Origin: an uncultured Ureaplasma sp.
GTDB lineage: Bacteria > Bacillota_I > Bacilli_A > Mycoplasmatales > Mycoplasmoidaceae
Direction of reading: 5' to 3'
Length of the DNA stretch: 64,000 nt
Assembly (NCBI GenBank): GCA_947039515.1
Contig: CAMQYY010000001.1
Span: 126,902 to 190,901 of the forward strand
In this document: positions 55,193 to 64,000 of the stretch, one piece after another
Position numbering within the stretch: position 1 is the stretch's first letter
Layout of the letters: each line of letters begins with the position of its first letter
Made by a program: the position numbers and the translations under genes
The notes under the pieces: generated by a model
The model's input: the letters and a program-made list of their open reading frames with translations, nothing else
Told to the model about the DNA's origin: nothing
The model's database searches: none

Positions 55193-58100
55193 TTACATGT
55201 ATTTAGTAATGTCATCATTTTTCAATCTATAAATACCATATCCTAGAATAATTAAAACAACTAAACTATTAATGATAAGTGAAGATAAAAATAAAAGAGG
55301 ATTTAAAGTTACTGGTAAATAAATGGATGAAATATTAAAGATAACGTTTATATACATATTAATAAAAGTACTACTTAATGAGAAACCAATTATACTACCT
55401 AATATTAATGGTGGGAAATATGCTGATAAAAATGAAAGCATATTACTTCTATCACTAAAACCAAGAGCTTTTAATGTAGCAGCAACTGATAATGAATTTT
55501 CAATTAAATCAATTGACATAATTAATGTAGTTAATAAACTAATTGAAATAAGAATTGAAAATAATAGTGTTTGCAATGAATAAATTAAGTTCTCAGAAGT
55601 ATCAAATATTCCACTTATTTTATCTGAAACTTGTGTTGTTTTATTCATTAATGAAAAAACTGAAGAACCATAAGTATTAATTATTCTATTAATAACATCC
55701 TTATTTCTAAGAGTGACATCAGAAAATCCTTGTAAATATGTATTGAATGTTGCAACATCAGGATAATTAAGAGCTTTCATAATTGCTATTTTAGAATTAA
55801 AAGCATCATCATAAACATTATTACCAGGAGCTATTGATGTTGGATTTAGTGAATAATTTAAAATTGATGTAAATTTTTCACTATGACTAAAGGTATCAAT
55901 AGCAGGATATAAACCAGAATATGAATAAGTAGAATTTGATGATGTTAAAATTGGATGTGTTTTGCTTAGAGAAAAGAATCCATTAAAAGGAATTGTTTCA
56001 TTATTTTTTATTTCTCAGTAGCCTGGAACTCATTCTCCTGTTATTGACTCTTTACCATCTATTCATTCTCTATCAATATAATATGAATTTGTATTAAATT
56101 CTGGATCATTATATCCCAATATTTCATTAGCAACTTTTTGATTAATAAAAAATTCATCACCATAATAACTACTATAAATACCTTTAATTGTAAATGTATA
56201 AATATTTTCATTTTTTTTATAATATCTATCAATATCATTTTTAGGTTGAATATTTATTTTTGAACCAATACCTATATTATATTTATATGCAGTTGCTTCA
56301 CTTATTAAAAGATTCAAATTATCAGGATCTATAATATTTTCATTTTTTAATGCTAACTCACTATTTAAATTTTCATCATTACTATTAAATAAGTTTGGAA
56401 CAAATTCATTTTTTAGGGTTTTAGGATTGATTATAGGATTTGGATCGATTCCTCTTGCTACAAATGTTTTTGTATTTGTTTTATCAAGAGAAATATTTTC
56501 ATTATTAGTATTTGATCCGAATTCTAAATAAGTATAAGGAATGTCATTTTTTAACATTGGAGCATAATTAAAAATTATACGATATAGGTCATCTTGGTAA
56601 TAAGGATCTAAATAGATATTTGTTAAAAATCAAATAAAGAATGGTTGTAATTCAATTGCTGGAATAAATTGTAGTGCACCTATGTTAGTTAAATTCTTTT
56701 TATTAATTTTATATCAACCTGTTTTTGGTCAAATTGGTTGATTAGGTTCATGAGGATTTTCAGCATTATTAACATGAAATTCACGATAAGCAAAACTACT
56801 ATCAATAACTTCTGGTTTTACATCTGATACAAAATCAAAAACAGGTGATTTTCTTGTAGTTGTTCCATTTGTATCAGTTAATGATCCAGCTACTGTTTTA
56901 GATTCTCTAATCATTTTTTCATAATTAAAATAATATCTATTTTCAAGCCCTAAAAATTGAGAATAATATTCAGGAACATATTCTTCAGTTTGAATTTCTC
57001 CTAATGGTATAAGTGGTCTATATAATCTATTATCATTTATTGCTTTATTTCAAAGATTAGCAGTTTTGTCATCCATTACTGATAATATATTTTCTGATGC
57101 TAGAGAATCTACAATATCAAATGGATTAACTCCTGCAATGTTAATGTCTAAAGCTGTTTGGTGTTGAACAATATTTTTCAAGAATAACATATTAGTATTT
57201 TCACCATTACTATCATCAACTGATGGGAAATGAGTATTACCTAATAATCCAAAATTATTTTTACCATAAATATTAGTAGCAGGAACATCATATCCCTTTC
57301 ATTTTCTATAATTAACAAGTGCTGATATTCCTTTATAATTACTTTCTCTTATTTTTGAATTATTAAGAACTTCATTTGTATCATTAACAATAGCTATTCC
57401 CATATTTTCAGGTTCACTTCTGAAATATTGACCTCCTTGTCTTGTTGGTGATGCTAAATCAAAAGCATAGTTATAATTTTGAACTTCACTAGTTTCTTTT
57501 TGTGCTACTGAAAAAATATTAGTTGTTGATGATGAAATTGTTATCATTAATGTTGAAATAGCTATCATTATTGTTATATAAATTGTTTTTGAAATTGAAG
57601 CAAAAGCAACGGATGATCTAAATCTTACTAATACAGGTGTATGAGTAAACATTTTTTTAATTCAACCTGATAATAATGAAGTTTTATATTTAGAATTATT
57701 TTCCATCATTTCAACAACGGGTTCTTTTTCAATTTTAAAGAAAACAACTGAAACAGAAACTATTGCCATAATTATCATAGGAATAAAAATTAATATGAAA
57801 AATCAAATTGATGCATATCTATCAATTTCAACAGTTTCAAATGTATTAAATCAAAAGTCTTGATAAATTGTAAATAAGAAATTTTGAGTAAAAAAAGCAA
57901 TTAGTCAGCTAATTATTCCTGCAACAATTGATGGAATAATTCCTATCACTGAAACTGAGAATAAAATATATCTTCTATTAAGTCCATTAGCTATCATAAT
58001 ACCTAATACAGATTTATTATCTTTGATAAACTTACTAACAAAGAAAATACATAAAATCAAACTTCCCATTAAAATAAAAATTGATAATGTATCGGTAATT

Positions 58101-59632
58101 GAATGTTGAAAAACTAAAAGTTTTGGTAAAAAATCTAATCTTAATGGAGCTGGACTTAAAAAATTGCTTGTATCAGTAGCTAAATATGTTGATTTAATAT
58201 CGGATGGTCAAGACATATATTCTATTGATTTTTCATTAATTGAGCTAATTGCTTCATTTACTGATATATTTTTTTGTCTAAGACTATTCGTATCAACCTT
58301 CATAACAATATAATTTTCAGTAGGATTATCTCTAAAAGAATAAAGTATTCTTTCATATCCACTATTTTGCATATATATTAATAACTCATTATCAGGATTA
58401 GGAATTGAATTTTCAAAATTAATAATCGGATACATGTAATTAGGAGTAATACCAGTACCTAATATTAAATAAGATGTTCCATCTATTAAAATTTTATTTT
58501 TAGTAGGAATTGATTCTATAAAAGTTTCAAAATTTTCTTGTGATGCTGAATTAATATTTGAAGATCCTATTTTTTCCTGTGCTTCTAAAATTCTTAAATA
58601 TTCATTATATAAGTCTGGTGGTAATATTTCTTTTTTAAGATTTTTTAATGAATAGTCAGGAATAACAGCACTCAAATTAGAGAAATTTTCATAATAACCA
58701 ATGGTAGGGAATGGAACACCTGCTATTGAATCTCTAAAATTAAAATTAATTTTATATTCTAAATTTGATGGAGGATTATAAAAAGCTGGACTTGTAGGGT
58801 CAATATTACTTGGATTAATTCAAGATTCAAAATTATTCAAAAACTTTTTTAAATCCATATCAGGATTTGCACCAGTTGTAGTTAATCCAATTTTAGTTGA
58901 TACTTCTGCTAATTTTTGAGTATTATAAGTTTGTCAAACTTTAATATCAGGATCTATTAAAGGGTCAGGGAATGTACCATTTAATGCTATATATATTTTA
59001 CTAGCTGTAGCATTAATACCATTTTGAGTTCATTTAGAATTAGCAACAATATCTAAAAGTTTCTTTCTCATATTTAATGGTGATTCATTAGGGTTATTAG
59101 GATTAGGAATAGCATTTCAACTTGCCTTATCTAATATATCTTTAAAATTAATTTCAGATAAAGATGGTAGATTATTTCCAGTATTAATAACTAATTTATT
59201 AACCTCATCAGTTGGATTTGATTCGATTGCTTTATATAAAAAATTATTACTATTATTACCAATTTCTAATGATCTTGATTTATTAAATTGAACATTAGAA
59301 TATTTTGGTGGTAAATTAGGATCTAAGTTTGAATATTCAACTTTTAATCAAGATAAAAAAAGTTCTTCATTTTTTTTCCTAGCAGCTTCACCTTCTAAAG
59401 TATCATTAGGATCATTTGGATTTGAATAAGTAGATTTATATCTTTCATAAATAGTAATATTATTTAGATTACCTTTTTCAACTAAAGTGTTATAAGAATT
59501 AGATAAATTTTGAGAAAGAAATGTAGTAGAGGTAAATATGGAAAGGGAAAGAGTTAATAAAAATGTCAAACCCAATAGTCAAATTTTTTTACTAAAAATA
59601 TATCTAAAAATACTTTTAAAAAGATTTATCAA
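55193..59632 (-). CDS. Giant ABC-transporter permease with two FtsX-type membrane modules and two large extracytoplasmic domains, 1479 aa
   Basis: Six track ORFs are all in one frame: 59348..59575, 58208..58675, 57299..57652, 56729..56914, 56063..56557 and 55193..55780. I scanned every gap codon by codon and found only TGA. The start is TTG 59630-59632 (LINLFKSIFRYIFSKKIWLLGLTFLLTLSLSIF), with AAGGA upstream and an in-frame TAA 4 codons above. The FtsX motifs are LGIMIANGLNRRYI (central) and LKALGFSDRSNMLSF (C-terminal). Confidence 0.8.
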
Positions 59633-59693
59633 AATATTCCTTAATTATTTATTTAAAAATAAATTATTTATGTTATCTATATATTAACAAAAT

Positions 59694-60845
59694 ATGAATA
59701 AAGTTATTAGGTTTTTAAAACAAATAAAGAGCAAGAGTAAAATAATTACTATTAGTTTTTTTGGAGTTGTCGGTATATCTACAATCATTTTAACTAGTGT
59801 TAACTTTACTGGTATAAGTATTATTACTGCTGCTGGTTCAAGTTCTATTTTCCCTTTAATGAACGCTATGGCTAATGTTTATTCAGAAGTTGAACGTTCA
59901 ACTGAAATAATGGTTGAATCAGGTGGTAGTGGAGCTGGTTTAACTGCTGCTTCTAGATTATCAAAAGATATTGGTAATGTTACTGGAACTATAACAACAA
60001 AAAAAGTTGGTGCTCCTGCAACATCTACTCAACCTGCAATTGAAGATGGAGCTTGAGTTAATTGAGAAGCTAATGAAATGAAAACAATTACAATTGGATG
60101 AGATGCTATTGGAATTGTATATAAACCATTAAATGATGGAGTTCAATTAGATATTAATGAAAGTAATATTCTTAAACTATTCGAAACCTTTACTGGTTAT
60201 AAAACACATAAGATGTCTGAATTAACTAATAATGTAGCTGATGATGTTTCAGCAAGTGGTCAATCAGATATTTTAACTCCTTTTTCAAGAACTGGCGGAT
60301 ATGAAGCTTCTGGAACTGCTAGTAATTTTTCTAAGAACACTAATTTAAATCCAAATACACCTCCAGAAATTGAAGAAATTTTAAGAACTGGTGCTTATCT
60401 AAATAATGTAGTAGCAACTCCTGAATCGAATGTAGAAGCTTGAAAACAATTTAGTTTAAGTGGTAAAGATAATACAATGATTTATCTTTCATCATATTTT
60501 ATTTTAGCTAATGAACAATTTATTAGAGATAGTGGATTTAAAATTGCTACATATAATGGTGTTGAATTAGCAAAACAAAATATAACCCAAACTTATAATT
60601 GATTTACATCAGCTAATGCAATTGTAAGTACTAAAGGAATTCAAAATGCAAATACTCCTTTAAAGAGATTTATTGAATGAATTATAGTAGATGAAACACT
60701 AAGTCAAAAAATTCCTCATTGAATTAGATTAACTCCTGCTCAAATTAATAGTATGAAAAATGCTGCAGGTGAATTTTGAGTTAGTGATTATGCACTCATT
60801 AGAGAAATTGATGATCAAAATAGAGGGTATGGTGCAATAGTTTAG
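59694..60845 (+). CDS. pstS: Phosphate ABC transporter substrate-binding protein, membrane-anchored by an uncleaved N-terminal helix (no lipobox), 383 aa
   Basis: Track ORFs 59694..60056 and 60213..60443 are in frame and continue through TGA codons to TAG 60843-60845 (1152 nt). The PBP motifs are AAGSSSIFPLM and ESGGSGAGL. It lies upstream of pstCA-pstB. Confidence 0.8.
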
Positions 60846-60846
60846 T

Positions 60847-63015
60847 ATGTTAGATTTTAGGCAACAAAAAGTTATTACTAAAAAATTAAAATCAGATAAA
60901 ATAGGAAAAATAACATCTGTTAGTATTTCTTGATTTTTAGCAGTCATTTTTTTAGCTATTATTGGTTTTATTGTTTTTTCATCAATTGCAGGTTTTGAAG
61001 AATATGGATGAACTATCTTAGGTAGTCTTGATTTTAACTTGGCTGCTGGACAAGGTTCTGTTTGATATCCATTAGCAATTACATTATTAATAACAATTGG
61101 TGCTGTTATTATAGCCAGTCCTATCGGAATAAAGACTGCTACTTTTATTCATTTTAGGTTAAATAAAAAATATCAAAAAAGAGCACGAATTGTTATTTCA
61201 ACATTAAGTGGAATTCCATCAGTTATTTTTGGAATATTTGCATATAACTCCCTTTGGTTTGTAACTAAAATGTTTGGAGCAACGACACCTTATACTATTT
61301 TAAATGCAATGATCATGTTAGCTTTTATGATTCTACCAACAATTATTAGTTTAACTTTAAATTCATATCATGGTATTTCAAATAATTTAATAACAGGTCC
61401 AACTGCTCTTGGTCTTACTAAAACAGCAGCAATCTACAAGGTTTATCGAAAAGAAGCTACTTCTGGAATTATCGTTGCAATAATTATAGCAACAGGTAGA
61501 GCTATTGGTGAAACTATGGCTTTATCAATGATTCTTTCTGCTGATAATTATAATGCTCTTGGTGATTCAAATATTTTTCTTTCAGCATTTAAGCCATTAG
61601 CTGTTATTATTTCAAGTTATATGTTTTCAGAAAGTTCATCACCTGCATTAAGAGGTATTTTATATGTTTTTGCTATTATTTTATTAATTATCATTCTAAT
61701 AATAAATGCTTTAGTAATGTTTGTTACTTCAAAAAGAAGTGTCTATAAAAATACAAAGTGAACTCAATTTGAGAGGAAAATAGGAGAAATATTCCTATAT
61801 TTCCCAAATTTGTTTTCAATGGCATTTGAAAGAGTTATGTATAAGAATTCTAAGAATTTTGATTATAAAAATGAATCTTCTGTTAATTTTTATATAAGTG
61901 ATCGGATTGTTAATCATAAATTATTAAATCTTTATAGTTTTAAAAAAATAGCATTGGAATGAATTTCTATTACGATTTCTTTTTCATTTTTAATTTGAAT
62001 AATTGGTGATATCTTAATTAAAGGTGGAAATGTTATTTTTGTTAATGCTGGTGGATTTTCTACTATCTTCCAATACACAAGAGATACAACGGGTTTAGCT
62101 ATCATTAATACCATTATCATTATTATTGTTAGTTTATTAGTAGCACTACCGATTGCATTCTTTGTAGCTTTATATTTAAATGAGTTTTCAAAAGATGGTA
62201 AATCTAAAAAAGCAATATTATTCTTTAATGATTCCTTGAGTTCAGCACCAAGTATTATTTATGGGATGTTTGGTTTAGCTTTCTTTATTGAACTATTAGG
62301 TTTAACATCCTCTGGATCAATGGGTAGATCTTTATTAGCTGGTGCTTTAACTATTTCCTTAGTTATAATTCCTACTTTAGTTAGAACATTTGAACAAGCA
62401 TTAAAAAGAGTTCCTATGAGTTTAAGACATAATGCTTATTCTTTAGGTTGTGGAAAAATGGAAACTATTTGAAAAATAGTTATTCCTTATGCTTATTCTA
62501 GTTTGAGTGCTTCAATAATTTTAGCTATTGGTAGAATAATGGCTGAAACAGCCCCATTATTCTTAACAGCAGGATTATCATCAATTTCAACTATTGGTTT
62601 ATTAAATCCAGGTCAAACTTTAACAACAAGAATTTATGCTCAAATTTTTTCAAATAATTTAAGTGGAGCAAATGATATTAGTTATGAATGTGCTTTTATA
62701 GCTTTCATTATTATTTTAGGAATAATCTATATTGGATATGGAATCATTCCAATATATAAAGATTGAAAACAAGTAATAATCTACAAAATAAGAGAACATA
62801 AAAGTCTAGGTTCAAGTTTTGATAAAATACCATTAGATATTTATTACAAACAAATTATAAATAAAACTCTTTATTTAACTTATGAACAAGCTGATAATCT
62901 TAAATTAAATCGTTTTATGAATATTGCAATAAAATATAATAAAAAAATTATAAAAATTAAATATATTGATGATTTAAAAATGCAACAATTAGTGGAAAGG
63001 AAACTCTATGAATAA
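60847..63015 (+). CDS. pstA: Fused phosphate ABC transporter permease PstC-PstA, 722 aa, with a ~80-aa hydrophilic C-terminal tail
   Basis: ATG 60847 starts 1 nt after the pstS stop. Track ORFs 61270, 62236 and 62503 are all in this frame. I scanned every codon between them and found only TGA. Two EAA-type permease cores are present: ...ATGRAIGETMAL... and ...AIGRIMAETAPL... The stop is TAA 63013-63015. Confidence 0.85.
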
Positions 63016-63979
63016 TAATAATGTTTTTAATATTGAAAAAAAAGAGAAGGATTTTTCTGAACTTCTTGATAATGAATTGTTTAACTTTATTGAATCTTTA
63101 AATTGAAATCAAAAAATGATTTATAAAGTAAAAATGTCTTCTAAACAAAAACAAAATTATAAAAATTATACTGATTTAATCAAAAATAATATTGAAAAGA
63201 AAAAAGAAGATTTTAACGAATCAAATATTATTGAAGTAGAAAATCTAAATCTTTGATATAAAAATGGTGATCATCAAGCTCTGTTTGATATTAACGTTAA
63301 TATTGAAAAAAATAAAGTTACTTCTTTAATTGGTCCTAGTGGGTGTGGAAAATCTACTTTTATAAAATGTTTAAATAGAATGAATGATTTAATTTTAGGT
63401 TGTACTCAAACCGGAGATATATATTTTGAATCTATAAATATTCAATCAAAAAAACTTCATTTAATTTCATTAAGAACAAAAATTGGAATGGTTTTTCAAA
63501 GCCCTGTTCCTTTTGAAATGAGTATTTATGAAAATGTTGCTTTTGGACCGAAATCACATGGAATAAAAGACAAAGAAACATTGGATAAAATTGTTGAAGA
63601 TTCATTAATTAATGCTGCTTTATGAAATGAAGTAAAAGGTGATTTAAATGCACCAGCAACTGGACTTAGTGGTGGTCAACAACAAAGACTATGTATTGCA
63701 AGAACAATAGCTTTACAACCAACTATTATTTTAATGGATGAACCTACTTCAGCACTTGATCCTATTGCTACTTCTAAAATTGAAAAACTTATTTTAGAAC
63801 TAAGAAAGAAATTTACGGTAATAATAGTGACTCACTCAATGGCACAAGCTCAAAGAATAAGTGATAATACTATTTTCTTTTTTGAAGGTAAAGTGATTGA
63901 ATCTGGTAAGACAAAGGATGTTTTTATTTCTCCAAAAGAGAAAAAAACATATGATTATATCAATGGAAAGATAGGTTAA
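63008..63979 (+). CDS. pstB: Phosphate ABC transporter ATP-binding protein with a ~70-aa N-terminal extension, 323 aa
   Basis: ATG 63008 overlaps the pstCA stop by 8 nt. It is in frame with track ORFs 63380 and 63734, and I scanned the gap. Motifs: Walker [10 protein letters not shown], signature LSGGQQQRL, Walker [14 protein letters not shown]-loop VTHSM. An internal Met (MIYKVKMSS) is an alternative start. Confidence 0.9.
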
Positions 63980-64000
63980 TACTAATGGCTAACTATTTAT

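Noticed and set aside
55323-55583. Track ORF 55323..55583 (+, 86 aa).
   Set aside because: It is antisense to the C-terminal FtsX module of the giant permease.
60729-62120. Track ORFs 60729..60947 (-) and 61932..62120 (-).
   Set aside because: They are antisense to the pstS end and to pstCA. The plus-strand frames are continuous and carry the Pst motifs.
63985-64000. ATG at 63985 (MANYL...), 5 nt after pstB, possibly phoU.
   Set aside because: Only 16 nt are visible. Position alone suggests phoU, and nothing in the sequence can support a call.

Overview
This window looks like a stretch of Mollicutes chromosome (Mycoplasma, Mesoplasma or Entomoplasma-like). By eye it is extremely AT-rich. 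Nearly every conserved gene is split in the standard-code ORF track at TGA codons. Some of these fall at known Trp positions, for example ParC ...[17 protein letters not shown] and MetRS ...SFD-W-GIEI. I therefore read the window with translation table 4 and re-joined the fragments. For many joins I also scanned the gaps for in-frame TAA or TAG and found none.

After re-joining I can support 48 protein genes, 3 tRNAs (Arg-TCG, Gly-GCC, Ser-GCT), a small SRP RNA, one clear pseudogene (a decayed second copy of def) and about 10 hairpin terminators. I saw no rRNA, CRISPR array, transposase or prophage genes.

Most of the content is housekeeping:
- Recombination and NAD salvage: recA, cinA, pncB, nadD-yqeK.
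- Ribosome and RNA functions: yqeH, rsmI, rnmV, hpf, and the trmR-yrrN-yrrO tRNA modification operon.
- DNA topology and repair: parE, parC, ruvX, recU, nfo.
- Translation: def, argS, alaS, proS, metG.
- Metabolism and transport: prs, cls, deoC, pstS-pstCA-pstB, and a heterodimeric ABC exporter.

The parts that look accessory or unusual are:
1. A tandem ~3.15 kb duplication of a roughly 990-aa BspA-type leucine-rich-repeat surface protein gene. Identity between the copies is block-mosaic, which suggests gene conversion or surface variation.
2. A DUF885 surface metallopeptidase-like gene bracketed by the functional def and a decayed def copy, next to a ~1 kb coding desert. This may be in-situ gene displacement by an acquired segment.
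3. A very acidic cytoplasmic protein upstream of parE that carries about seven 51-bp (17-aa) tandem repeats.
4. An intact ndk in a TGA=Trp mollicute.
5. A RecA with a non-canonical P-loop, together with a degenerate DprA.
6. A 1479-aa double-FtsX permease with no adjacent ATPase.

I did not recognise a complete, clearly novel multi-gene system such as a defence island. The items above are leads, not demonstrations.
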